From an uncultured Candidatus Saccharibacteria bacterium (GTDB lineage: Bacteria; Patescibacteriota; Minisyncoccia; Phycocordibacterales; UBA2100), in NCBI GenBank assembly GCA_964399865.1, contig CAYNRJ010000001.1, positions 475,984 to 539,983 on the forward strand: a stretch of DNA of 64,000 bases, in the 5' to 3' direction. Of the stretch, positions 27,588 to 36,740 are shown one piece after another; positions within the stretch are counted from its first letter, which is position 1, and the number at the start of each line of letters is the position of its first letter. Both the position numbers and the translations under genes were made by a program. The notes beneath the pieces are model-generated. The model was not told the origin of the DNA. It searched no databases and saw only the letters and a list, made by a program, of their open reading frames with translations.

Positions 27588-27989
27588 TTAGATCTCCCCA
27601 TCCAATACCTGTTCAAACAGGCGGCAGCGGGCCGTTTTAGTCGATTCAGACAGTATTACTCCGACCACATCGATTTGGTATTCTCGATCATCACCTGAAG
27701 CCTCCATATATAGGGTCGCCGTTCTGGCAACCTTCCTTAACTTTGACGCATGGACCAATTCCTCAGGCCTGTAGTCCATTTCACGTGAAATGTCGGGCAG
27801 AATTTCACGTGAAATAGCCTTTACCTCTATAAAACGCACCTGGTTATGTATCTCGGCTATTATATCAATCTCTCCCCAGGGCTTTCGGTAGTTCCTCTCA
27901 ATGATCTTGTATCCCTTACCCTCAAGGAACTGACAGGCAATGCTTTCACCTAAGTTGCCGACTTGCCTTCTGTCAGTCCCAACCTTCAT
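27588..27989 (-). CDS. YraN/UPF0102-family putative endonuclease
   Basis: 133 aa; 'GNLGESIACQFLEGKGYKIIERNYR...GEIDIIA...VRFIEVKA' matches the UPF0102 pattern; the CDS itself contains two copies of a 14-bp palindrome. Confidence 0.65.
   Translation of the reverse strand: MKVGTDRRQVGNLGESIACQFLEGKGYKIIERNYRKPWGEIDIIAEIHNQVRFIEVKAISREILPDISREMDYRPEELVHASKLRKVARTATLYMEASGDDREYQIDVVGVILSESTKTARCRLFEQVLDGEI
27778..27815. promoter_or_regulatory. Two copies of the perfect palindrome ATTTCACGTGAAAT (27778-27791 and 27802-27815) inside the yraN-like CDS
   Basis: Each encodes the ISRE(I/M) peptide in-frame; a third copy lies at 28049-28062 in the upstream intergenic region. Confidence 0.5.
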
Positions 27990-28048
27990 ACGTGCATTAT
28001 ATATGCGAAATATGCGGGTTAGCCGCAGATATGGGTACTATTGTGGCT

Positions 28049-28062
28049 ATTTCACGTGAAAT
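28049..28062. promoter_or_regulatory. Third copy of the ATTTCACGTGAAAT palindrome, about 60 bp upstream of the yraN-like start; candidate operator
   Basis: Exact 14-bp palindrome with a CACGTG core, in a 420-bp AT-rich ORF-free region. Confidence 0.45.
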
Positions 28063-28410
28063 GTAGCAAATATCGTAACTACGTAACATAAAATATTCAT
28101 GGACAAGGTAACGCCGCTCTGTGGGCATTATCTCTATATTTCAAGCCATTTTTCTAGGAATATACTCAAATCCCTATAGGATAAAGACACCTAAGGTACG
28201 TATTTTCATGTCCTTTATCCCCATATCCACAGACTTTTCCACAGTTTCTAAGGCTTTTTCATGGTTATTAGTTCCAAAGAGTCTGTTAGATCGGTAGTTC
28301 TCGAGACAATTCGTCCTTGATGTCCTTTAGAAAACAACTCCGGTGATTTGTCAATACTGGAACACAATTTATCCTTGACCGAAAGACTCGTGATGTACTA
28401 GGTTTGCATC

Positions 28411-29448
28411 ATGATCCAAAAAGCAGCGAGACGATCACGATTCGGAGCTGTAACTCTCATTTCAGCGATCTTTTGCGTGGGACTCGCAATGTTTCCAACT
28501 AGCATTTCCGCGGATATTGTTTCCGTACAAACAAGTCAGCTTGGACAGGCGGGAAGTGGCTCTTGTGTTCCGCTCTCAGCCTATGGATTCACACCATATA
28601 TCTACGAAGGATCCCTCCATTCATTCGAATTTACGCTGCCTGACAGCTCGTACGTAGCTATTAGCGGCACGGTAGGGGACTCGTCCATCCCATTCCAACA
28701 AATGACCCGTGGAGGGACTCCTGACGCCCTTCGTATACATGTTGATATAGACAGTACGAGAGTATCAGCATCACTCCCTATCTCTGTCACTTTGCTTTCT
28801 GCTAAGGGAGGCCCTGTATGTATGTCCGTTATACTCATGACCGTCGCGGGCACGGGAAGCGAGCTGCCGCCAGTTATCCCACAGCAGCCAGAACCAGAAA
28901 CCGTACCGCCTGTGGTCACAGTTCCTCCCGTTGTAGTAGAGGAGCCAGAAGAAGTTGAAGGGGAAATCGGTACGGGTACATCTACTCCAGAAATCACCGA
29001 GGAAGAAGGGGGCACGGTGCCGTTCACGATAGCTGGCCTACAGAACAAGATTGTGGATATGTGCCTCGCCGGGAACGCTCCTCGTCTCTGGATCCTCCTC
29101 GTTGCTGTCTATGCCGTCATCGTAATAGTCGCCGTATTTGCTCGACTACCAGCTCCGCAAACGTATTCACTCGGTCAGCGTGCAGCTACCGTATTAGTGC
29201 CATTTGCGCTACTCGCAGCATTCTGGTTCTTTAGCGAAGCTTGCAGAACTGGTATTTGGGCACCGATAGTATCGATCTTGATCGCAATCGCAGGCCTCAT
29301 CGGAATATACTGGAATGATCCTCGCTTCACTGTGTACACGACATGGATCAAAAGCCGTGTCATGAAAACAGAAACACAGAAGCGACTTCCTATCCCAAGC
29401 AGCAAAGCTATCGTCACGCCACCACCGACGAAGAAACCGGGCGCGTGA
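28411..29448 (+). CDS. Secreted/membrane protein with signal peptide, Pro/Val/Glu-rich linker and C-terminal TM helices
   Basis: 'MIQKAARRSRFGAVTLISAIFCVGLAMFPTSISA' signal peptide; 'PPVIPQQPEPETVPPVVTVPPVVVEEPEE'; three C-terminal hydrophobic helices. Confidence 0.55.
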   Translation: MIQKAARRSRFGAVTLISAIFCVGLAMFPTSISADIVSVQTSQLGQAGSGSCVPLSAYGFTPYIYEGSLHSFEFTLPDSSYVAISGTVGDSSIPFQQMTRGGTPDALRIHVDIDSTRVSASLPISVTLLSAKGGPVCMSVILMTVAGTGSELPPVIPQQPEPETVPPVVTVPPVVVEEPEEVEGEIGTGTSTPEITEEEGGTVPFTIAGLQNKIVDMCLAGNAPRLWILLVAVYAVIVIVAVFARLPAPQTYSLGQRAATVLVPFALLAAFWFFSEACRTGIWAPIVSILIAIAGLIGIYWNDPRFTVYTTWIKSRVMKTETQKRLPIPSSKAIVTPPPTKKPGA

Positions 29449-29453
29449 TAGGT

Positions 29454-29480
29454 TTGCCGCAATCAAGAGCTACTGTATAA
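29454..29480 (+). promoter_or_regulatory. Putative sigma70-type promoter for the tRNA-Gly/tRNA-Arg (and cca) transcription unit
   Basis: TTGCCG-16 nt-TATAAT located about 18 nt upstream of the tRNA-Gly 5' end. Confidence 0.45.
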
Positions 29481-29497
29481 TCCCACGCTAGATATAA

Positions 29498-29568
29498 GCG
29501 GGTATGGTTTAGTGGTAGAACGCGTCCTTGCCAAGGACGAGAGCGGAGTTCGATTCTCCGTACCCGCA
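29498..29568 (+). tRNA. tRNA-Gly (anticodon GCC)
   Basis: Manual fold: acceptor GCGGGTA/TACCCGC, anticodon stem CGTCC/GGACG with loop TTGCCAA, T-arm CGGAG-TTCGATT-CTCCG. Confidence 0.85.
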
Positions 29569-29624
29569 CAAAGGAGGAGGAAAAGTAGTAGGAGAAAGGA
29601 GGAATGTTATTTATTATAGGCGGA

Positions 29625-29696
29625 CGCTCCCGTGGTGAAACGGATATCACAGCAGTCTTCGGAACTGCTATTCCAGGTTCGAATCCTGGCGGGAGC
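29625..29696 (+). tRNA. tRNA-Arg (anticodon TCG)
   Basis: Acceptor GCTCCCG/CGGGAGC, D-stem GTGA/TCAC, anticodon stem GCAGT/ACTGC with loop CTTCGGA, T-arm CCAGG-TTCGAAT-CCTGG. Confidence 0.85.
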
Positions 29697-29717
29697 ACAC
29701 GATGCTAAAATGCCGTC

Positions 29718-31184
29718 ATGACTGAGAAGCTCTCGACTCCAAAAGAAATTCTCGAAATCCACACTGCACTTCTTACTGCAGGTTTTGAGTCATACCTTGT
29801 CGGAGGATGTGTGCGTGATCTCATTATTGGACGAGAGCCAAAAGATTGGGACCTAACGACCAATGCAAAGCCCGAAGAAATCCAGGCATTATTTGAAGAG
29901 ACTTTCTATGAAAACGATTACGGCACTGTCGGAGTCGTAACGAAAGCCACCGACCCAAGAATGAAAGTGGTGGAGATAACGCCGTACCGCATAGAAGGGA
30001 AGTACTCGAACGCGAGACATCCGGATGAAGTGCGTTTTAGCGATAATATCCGAGATGATCTGAAGCGACGTGATTTCACAATCAACGCGCTCGCGTATGC
30101 GCCAGACACGAATACTTTAGTAGACGAACATGGTGGTAAGGAAGATATCGCGAGAAAACTTGTAACTACTGTAGGGGAGGCGAGTGAGCGATTCAAAGAG
30201 GACGCACTTCGAATGTTACGTGCCGTGCGGCTTTCTGCGGAATTGGATTTTGCTATCGAAACAAAAACAGCAGCCGCGATCCATGAGTCGGCGTCTCTCC
30301 TCGAAAAAATATCTCGCGAACGAGTGCGCGATGAGTTTATCCGTATAATAGAAAGCCCGCGCCCAATGCAGGCGCTCTACATTTCGCAAAAGCTCGGCAT
30401 CTTAAAATTCATTATTCCTGAACTCGAAGAGGGAATTGGTTGTGCGCAAAACCAAGCGCATGCGTACGACGTGTTCGAACACCTGCTCCGCGCACTTCAA
30501 GGCGCTGCAGATAAAGAATGGTCACTAGAGGTGCGTATCGCAGCACTCCTCCACGATGTAGGAAAGCCAGCTACGAGACGGTGGTCTGACGAAAAGAAAG
30601 ATTGGACGTTCCACGGGCACGAAGTAGTGAGTGCACGCATGGCAAAAAAAATACTCACTGATCTAAGGATGCCGAAAGAAATGATAGAAAAAATTGAAGC
30701 ACTCATTCGGACACATATGTTCTTCTCTGATCCAGATACTGTGACCCTCTCTGCTGTCAGACGCACGATCCGAAACGTCAGTCCTGCAAACATAAAAGAT
30801 CTATTGAATTTGCGTATATGCGATCGCATAGGAACGGGACGACCCAAAGAACAACCATTTCGTCTCCGCAAATATATGTCCATGGTAGACGAGGCACTGC
30901 GCGATCCCGTTTCAGTTTCTATGCTCAAGATCGATGGAACTAGGCTTATGGAGTTGGGGGAGAAAGCGGGACCTCGTATCGGATGGATACTGCACGCTCT
31001 TCTTGAGGAAGTGCTGGATGACCCAAAAAAGAACACGGAAGACTATTTGGAGAAGATGGTTGGGGAATATTCAAAGCTCTCAGACCCCGAATTAAAGAAA
31101 CTTGGTGAGGCAGGGAAAGACCGCCGTACTGAAGAGGAAGAAGCTGCAGTCCGACTGCTTAGAGAAAAACACCACGTCTCCTAA
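29718..31184 (+). CDS. cca: CCA-adding tRNA nucleotidyltransferase (polymerase-beta head) with a C-terminal HD domain
   Basis: 'GGCVRDLIIGREPKDWDLTT', 'RRDFTINALA' nucleotidyltransferase motifs; HD motif 'LLHDVGKP'; immediately downstream of two CCA-less tRNA genes. Confidence 0.85.
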   Translation: MTEKLSTPKEILEIHTALLTAGFESYLVGGCVRDLIIGREPKDWDLTTNAKPEEIQALFEETFYENDYGTVGVVTKATDPRMKVVEITPYRIEGKYSNARHPDEVRFSDNIRDDLKRRDFTINALAYAPDTNTLVDEHGGKEDIARKLVTTVGEASERFKEDALRMLRAVRLSAELDFAIETKTAAAIHESASLLEKISRERVRDEFIRIIESPRPMQALYISQKLGILKFIIPELEEGIGCAQNQAHAYDVFEHLLRALQGAADKEWSLEVRIAALLHDVGKPATRRWSDEKKDWTFHGHEVVSARMAKKILTDLRMPKEMIEKIEALIRTHMFFSDPDTVTLSAVRRTIRNVSPANIKDLLNLRICDRIGTGRPKEQPFRLRKYMSMVDEALRDPVSVSMLKIDGTRLMELGEKAGPRIGWILHALLEEVLDDPKKNTEDYLEKMVGEYSKLSDPELKKLGEAGKDRRTEEEEAAVRLLREKHHVS

Positions 31185-31704
31185 CCAATGCAATAAAACA
31201 CCTAGGAGGCTCGCTTGGGCATGTGTTCAACGGGGCCTAGCGAGCACGGCGGTGCGAGCTCGAGGAAATTTTCAGCAGAAAATTATCCGTGCCCTGGGGA
31301 ATACATGCCCAAAAAGAGCCGAACTACAGCGACAAAAGAAAAAGGCCGTTCCCACGGATAGACACGGATTCAATGATAATCTGTGCCCGTCCGTAAGAAC
31401 GGCCTCTACTTAACGTTCGGTTTAGGATCTAACGTAGGCACTAAACTAAATTTTTGGGATGCTTTGCAATCCCTTGATTACGTAGTGTGCCTGTCGGATT
31501 CCCTGAGTCTTGCGACTCATCTTGCTCTTTTTTCTCTTTTGGCAAGAACGTAGTCCCTGCTTGATGAGTAAGAGGAAGAATTAAAGATCTAGAACGTGTA
31601 AGTTAGGGTCCAAAGCTGTGCTCTGAACTCCCTGTCCTATAGGATAGTTTACTAATGGACAATGTAAAGGACAGGGTGTGGATATCTTTCCCCTTACGTG
31701 TCCT

Positions 31705-32499
31705 TTATACCTCAAGGGATATAGGGCAGTGATCAGAGCCCATCATCTCGGGGTGGATAGCTGCAGCTTTAATACGCTTGGAAAGTGCTTTGGACACAAA
31801 AAAGTAGTCTATCCGCCATCCTATGTTTCTAGCCCTAGAGTTTGCAAAGTTAGTCCACCACGTGTAATACCCCTTTCCCTTAGTAAATAGACGGAAAGTG
31901 TCTATATAACCCTCACTTAGGATCTTATCGACCCCCTCACGCTCTTCCTTGGTAAACCCATGTTCACCCTCGTTCTGTTTCGGGTTTGCGAGATCGTCTT
32001 CTGTATGTGCAACGTTCAAATCTCCGCAGAAAATAACGGGTTTTTGGGCCTCCAAGCGTTTGCAGAACTCCAAAAACGCTGGGTCCCACTGCATATGCCT
32101 TAAAGAAAGGCGACTTAAGTCAGGTTTTGAGTTTGGAGTATAGGCGGTAACGACGAAAAAGTCCTTAAATTCAGCCGTTATTACTCTCCCTTCAATATTT
32201 GGGTTTCCATACTCATCACGCACGAGGTCATATTTCTCCACTATATCTTCTGGAATATCAAAAATGACACTCAGGGGTTTAATTTTTGTGAAAATAGCAG
32301 TACCACTGTATCCCTTACGCCCTTTTGAGGAATTCCAGAACTCCTCGTACTCCGGAAGGTCGATCTCTGCTTGACCTCTCTCCGCTTTCGTCTCTTGCAG
32401 GCAGATAACATCTGGTTTCAGGGTTTCAATCACGGGAAGAAATGCACCTTTCTTATGTACGCTTCGAATACCGTTCACATTCCATGAAACGAGTTTCAT
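31705..32499 (-). CDS. xth: Exodeoxyribonuclease III (AP endonuclease, Xth family)
   Basis: ORF 31705..32532 trimmed to 'MKLVSWNVNGIRS'; 'CLQETK', 'GDLNVAH', 'RIDYFFVS', 'SDHCPI' EEP-family signatures. Confidence 0.85.
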   Translation of the reverse strand: MKLVSWNVNGIRSVHKKGAFLPVIETLKPDVICLQETKAERGQAEIDLPEYEEFWNSSKGRKGYSGTAIFTKIKPLSVIFDIPEDIVEKYDLVRDEYGNPNIEGRVITAEFKDFFVVTAYTPNSKPDLSRLSLRHMQWDPAFLEFCKRLEAQKPVIFCGDLNVAHTEDDLANPKQNEGEHGFTKEEREGVDKILSEGYIDTFRLFTKGKGYYTWWTNFANSRARNIGWRIDYFFVSKALSKRIKAAAIHPEMMGSDHCPISLEV

Positions 32500-32827
32500 C
32501 TGCACACGATACCATTTGATCTCTTCACACAAAAACCAGCCTTAGAAGCATATTCTGTAACGAGCAGACGAGCAGCTTCGTCTTAGCTCTGTACACGAGC
32601 GGTCGTTTACGAGTCTAATTTCTAAAATCACGTATGAAAATTCCAACAAACGTTTTTGGAGAACCGCAAGAAAAGGGCGCGGGGGAGTGGAGTGCGTTCG
32701 ATGTAGTACGTGACGACACTGTGAGCCTATTCCGCGTAAAACTTCCTGATCATCCGCTTGTCCTGAGAGAAAGCGGACACATTCTTCGTATCGTCTATCC
32801 GTTCAATCGAACTCTAAGCGCGGCAAA

Positions 32828-33742
32828 CTAAGAGCGACGTCTTTTGCCGTGAAATGCTTTGTGCACTTCGCGAAGATGTTTGTCTGTGACGTGCGTATAA
32901 ATTTGTGTTGTCGCGATATTCGCGTGTCCTAAAAGTGCTTGGACTGAACGCAGGTCAGCACCTCCTTCGAGTAGATCAGTCGCAAATTGGTGGCGAATAA
33001 TGTGGGGGCTCACTTTTCGCGTGATGCCGGCTTTCACTGCATATCTTTTTACGATCCTTTGCACTGTTCGGACACTCAGGCGTGGAGCATCTTTATCATT
33101 TTTTCCAGGTGCTCCGCTCCCCACGAATAACGCTTCGCCCATATCGCTTCGCTTCTTTAGATATTCAGCGACTGCTTTCTTTGCTGAGGGAGAAAGAAAC
33201 ACTACACGAACTTTCTCACCCTTGCCTCGGACAGAAAATTCATCTCGCGTAAGATCAATGTCTGCATTCAGGGAACATAGTTCCGAGACGCGGAGCCCGG
33301 TCGAGAATAAAAGCTCGAGTATCGCACGGTCCCTAAGCGCAGAGTCGGATTCTCCAACGGGCGCTTTCATCAGACGCTCAAGCTCGTCGGAGGTAATAAG
33401 ATCCAAGTCTCTCGAACCTACTTTCGCGAGCTCGATCTTTTCTGGTTGAAGAGAAACGACATCGATCTTGCGTAAATATTTTAAGAACGCACGAATAGCG
33501 ATCATGTAGTAATTCTGCGTTTTCTTTTTCATTCCTCCTCCTACGCCCGCTTGTCGATTAAGCCACATGCGAAATTCGCGCACAGCAGATTCTGTTACCT
33601 TCGCTGGAGAGGTTATCTTTGTCTGTGCAAGAAAACGGGTGATGTAATGATCATAATTCTCAACAGTCTTTATACTCCTACCTTTTTCTATCTCGAGATA
33701 TTCGAGGAATTGAGTTTTGAGCGCCTTAAGATCCGTTGCCAT
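32828..33742 (-). CDS. Tyrosine site-specific recombinase (XerC/XerD-like)
   Basis: ORF 32828..33835 trimmed to MATDLKALK; catalytic region 'HIIRHQFATDLLEGGADLRSVQALLGHANIATTQIYTHV' (R...H-x-x-R...Y). Confidence 0.8.
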   Translation of the reverse strand: MATDLKALKTQFLEYLEIEKGRSIKTVENYDHYITRFLAQTKITSPAKVTESAVREFRMWLNRQAGVGGGMKKKTQNYYMIAIRAFLKYLRKIDVVSLQPEKIELAKVGSRDLDLITSDELERLMKAPVGESDSALRDRAILELLFSTGLRVSELCSLNADIDLTRDEFSVRGKGEKVRVVFLSPSAKKAVAEYLKKRSDMGEALFVGSGAPGKNDKDAPRLSVRTVQRIVKRYAVKAGITRKVSPHIIRHQFATDLLEGGADLRSVQALLGHANIATTQIYTHVTDKHLREVHKAFHGKRRRS

Positions 33743-33847
33743 TCCTCTAAGTATGCCATGTCGCACAACATAGATTGTCCCGACACATGTCTGTGTCGGA
33801 AAATCTGACGATATTGTGCAACATATACGTCGCACAATATCGACTCC

Positions 33848-34993
33848 TTATTTTAAATATTTTTTCTTTTTAATCTTATCGGGCAGATACGATTCTTTGT
33901 CATAGAGTTTGTACCCCTTGTGATATCCGAGCTCTTTCATTAATTTTGTTGGCGCATTTCGAACTTTCATTGGGATGGGGAGATTGCCGTGCTCTTTTAC
34001 ATCCTCGACTGCTTCAAAATACGCATCGTATGAGGCGCGGCTTTTCTCTGCTTTCGCTAAGTAAGCAACTCCGTGCGCGAGATTAATCGCACACTCTGGA
34101 TATCCGATCGTCTCGCACGCGCGAAAAACTGCGTTCGCAACAACAAGCGCTGTGGGTTGTGCGAGCCCGATATCCTCGCTCGCAAACACAACCATGCGAC
34201 GAGCGATAAATAGCGGATCTTCTCCTGAGTCCACCATACGAGCGAGATAGTAAAGTGCCGCGTCCGGCTGTGACGCGCGCATCGACTTAATAAACGCAGA
34301 GATGGTGTTGTAATGCTCCTCTCCTTTTTTATCGTAGCGTAAATGTTTCGATTGAATTGCTTCTTTAAGAGTCTCGATATTTATTTTTCCGTACAATTTC
34401 TGAGTAGTCTCAAGTGTCGTAATCGCTTGCCGCGCGTCGCCATCTGCCATCCTGATAAGCCAGTCTCTCGCATCTTTTGGTATTTTAAGATTCGTGCGTT
34501 TCAGAATCTTTTCCATCTCAGTTTCCGAATGCATATTCAAAACAAACACACGACAACGTGACAGAAGGGGAGCAATGATCTCAAACGAAGGATTTTCGGT
34601 TGTCGCTCCGACCAGAGTTACGTCTCCTCGCTCCACGAAGGGGAGGAGGAAATCTTGCTGCGCTTTATTGAAACGATGAATTTCATCAATGAAAAGTACT
34701 TTTGGCTTCTCGAACCCAAGAGTTTTTTCGCCACGCCTGTCACCGAGCACCTTTTTTATGTCATCCTTCCCCGAATCAACCGCTGAAAGTTCATGAAATT
34801 CCGCGCCTACGGCACTCGCATATATACGAGCAAGCGTAGTCTTCCCTGAGCCTGGAGGACCCCACAAAATGAACGAAAAAAGCTCTTTTTTATCAATCGC
34901 AACCCGAAGAGGCTTATTTTTAGCGGTCAAATGCTCTTGTCCAACGAATTCATCGATAGTTTTCGGCCTTATTTGTGACGCGAGTGGCTCCAT
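33848..34993 (-). CDS. rarA: Replication-associated recombination protein A (RarA/MgsA AAA+ ATPase)
   Basis: '[14 protein letters not shown]' Walker A, '[16 protein letters not shown]' Walker B/sensor, MgsA C-terminal domain. Confidence 0.85.
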   Translation of the reverse strand: MEPLASQIRPKTIDEFVGQEHLTAKNKPLRVAIDKKELFSFILWGPPGSGKTTLARIYASAVGAEFHELSAVDSGKDDIKKVLGDRRGEKTLGFEKPKVLFIDEIHRFNKAQQDFLLPFVERGDVTLVGATTENPSFEIIAPLLSRCRVFVLNMHSETEMEKILKRTNLKIPKDARDWLIRMADGDARQAITTLETTQKLYGKINIETLKEAIQSKHLRYDKKGEEHYNTISAFIKSMRASQPDAALYYLARMVDSGEDPLFIARRMVVFASEDIGLAQPTALVVANAVFRACETIGYPECAINLAHGVAYLAKAEKSRASYDAYFEAVEDVKEHGNLPIPMKVRNAPTKLMKELGYHKGYKLYDKESYLPDKIKKKKYLK

Positions 34994-35063
34994 GCAGTGC
35001 AGTATACTCCTTAGCCCTTTCTAAAAAGTTGCGCATTCTTTCATATGCGTTATCCTTTCTCTT

Positions 35064-35549
35064 ATGACTAAAATTATTTTGGGTATCATCGTTCTCATCG
35101 CACTCGGTGCGGGAGGATATTACATTTACAAAAATTACTCGCCAGCAGCGCCAGTCGAAGAGACTGCACAGCAAGATACTGTTCAGATCCAAGAAGTTAC
35201 TGCAGGAACAGGAGCAGAGGCAACACCTGGCTCTATTGTTTCCGTGCTGTACATAGGACGTCTTGAGGACGGCACAGTTTTCGACAGCTCAGAAGCATAT
35301 GGTAATGAACCATTAACATTCGTTCTTGGGGCTCCGGGACTTATCCCTGGCTTCCAAATCGGTATAAATGGTATGAAGGTAGGCGGTGAACGAGCAATCG
35401 CAGTCCCAGCATCGCTTGCATATGGAGCAGAGGAAGTGAAGGACGCTACAGGAAAGGTGGTTGTACCTGCAAATTCCAACCTAATCTTCAATATAGGGCT
35501 CGTAAACGTGCAGGCTTCGACTTCGACAGCTACAAGTACGGCGCAGTAA
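35064..35549 (+). CDS. Membrane-anchored FKBP-type peptidyl-prolyl cis-trans isomerase
   Basis: N-terminal TM 'IILGIIVLIALGAGGYYIY'; FKBP core 'VLYIGRLEDGTVFDSS', 'LIPGFQIGINGMKVGGERAIAVPASLAYG'. Confidence 0.8.
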   Translation: MTKIILGIIVLIALGAGGYYIYKNYSPAAPVEETAQQDTVQIQEVTAGTGAEATPGSIVSVLYIGRLEDGTVFDSSEAYGNEPLTFVLGAPGLIPGFQIGINGMKVGGERAIAVPASLAYGAEEVKDATGKVVVPANSNLIFNIGLVNVQASTSTATSTAQ

Positions 35550-35612
35550 TTAACGCCAAATAAGGGCTAAAAAGCTCTTGCGTAAGAGAGGATATTATGC
35601 TATTCTTCTCAA

Positions 35613-35879
35613 ATGCTGACCAAACGCAAGAAACAGCTTGCAATATCAAAGGCAAAGCGCCACGACACTGACACAGGGTCACCTGAAGTGCAGGTTGCGG
35701 TCCTCACTCGCCGCATTGAGGAGCTTTCCGCTCATTTGGATAAAAATCGCAAGGACAAGCACTCACGTCGAGGCCTCCTCGGACTTGTAGCAGATCGCCG
35801 CAAACACCTTAAGTACCTCGAGGGTACGAACAAGCGCGCGTACGGAAGCATCGTAAAGAAGCTCGGGCTTAAGAAATAG
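35613..35879 (+). CDS. rpsO: 30S ribosomal protein S15
   Basis: 88 aa; 'TGSPEVQVAVLTRRIEELSAHL...HSRRGLLGLVADRRKHLKYL' S15 signature; followed by pnp as in many bacteria. Confidence 0.9.
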   Translation: MLTKRKKQLAISKAKRHDTDTGSPEVQVAVLTRRIEELSAHLDKNRKDKHSRRGLLGLVADRRKHLKYLEGTNKRAYGSIVKKLGLKK

Positions 35880-36005
35880 GCCTTCCTCTTTTCGGCAACA
35901 TTTTACGAGAACTCCTTTAAGGAGTACACTCCAGCAAGTTGCATTATAAATTTTAATACGTTTTTGTTTCAATTTTATAGCTCTACAGCTATGAAATGAC
36001 CTTTT

Positions 36006-36602
36006 ATGGCTATCATTAAGCATCCAGAACAACGTGTCGGTGTATTCATCGACACACAGAACCTCTATCACAGTGCGAAAAACATCTATCATTCTCGCGT
36101 GAACTTCGGCAACGTGCTGAAAGATTCAGTTGCCGGACGTCGACTTATTCGAGCTCGCGCGTACGCAGTAACCACAGAAAGTGGCGAGGAAAAAGGATTT
36201 TTTGACGCTCTCGCTAAGATCGGAGTCGAAATGCGAACGAAAGACCTTCAGATATTTGCTGGGGGCGCCAAGAAAGCAGACTGGGACGTGGGTCTCGCTG
36301 TGGATGCAATTACTGCATCTCCCAAACTCGACACTGTTATCCTCGCGACCGGGGATGGCGATTTCGTTCCTCTCGTGCAATACCTTCAAACTCACGGCGG
36401 ATGCCAAGTGGAGGTTGTTTCCTTTGGGCGTTCGAGTTCTGCAAAACTTAAAGAGGCTGCAGACGACTTCCTAGATCTAGACCTAGACCCTCGTCGCTAT
36501 CTCATTAACTACAAAGCTGCGGGAAGCCGCAGAATGCCTTCTAATTCACGCTCGGAGGAAGGGGACGCTCCTGACGTCGGCAAGATAACGGGAGTCGAGT
36601 AG
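36006..36602 (+). CDS. NYN-domain (LabA/DUF88-like) putative ribonuclease
   Basis: 'VGVFIDTQNLY', 'VILATGDGDFVPLV' NYN/LabA motifs; inserted between rpsO and pnp. Confidence 0.7.
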   Translation: MAIIKHPEQRVGVFIDTQNLYHSAKNIYHSRVNFGNVLKDSVAGRRLIRARAYAVTTESGEEKGFFDALAKIGVEMRTKDLQIFAGGAKKADWDVGLAVDAITASPKLDTVILATGDGDFVPLVQYLQTHGGCQVEVVSFGRSSSAKLKEAADDFLDLDLDPRRYLINYKAAGSRRMPSNSRSEEGDAPDVGKITGVE

Positions 36603-36740
36603 GAAATACGTATTTCTTTCCAAGACTTCGTGGTGTGCTATAGTGCCCGCATTAGTCATAACTAGTGGCGGGCGGATAGACAGTTTTGGACCTAGTAGTT
36701 TGTAAGGCCCAATGCTGAAATCCGAACGTCACTCAAAAAA

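Noticed and set aside
31102-31413. 103-aa ORF overlapping the cca 3' end and the downstream intergenic region
   Set aside because: Lys/Arg/Thr-rich low-complexity translation, no start context, and it overlaps a well-supported gene. Treated as non-coding.
32634-32831. 65-aa ORF between xth and the recombinase gene
   Set aside because: Short, with no motif or RBS. Possibly real but unsupported, so not reported as a feature.
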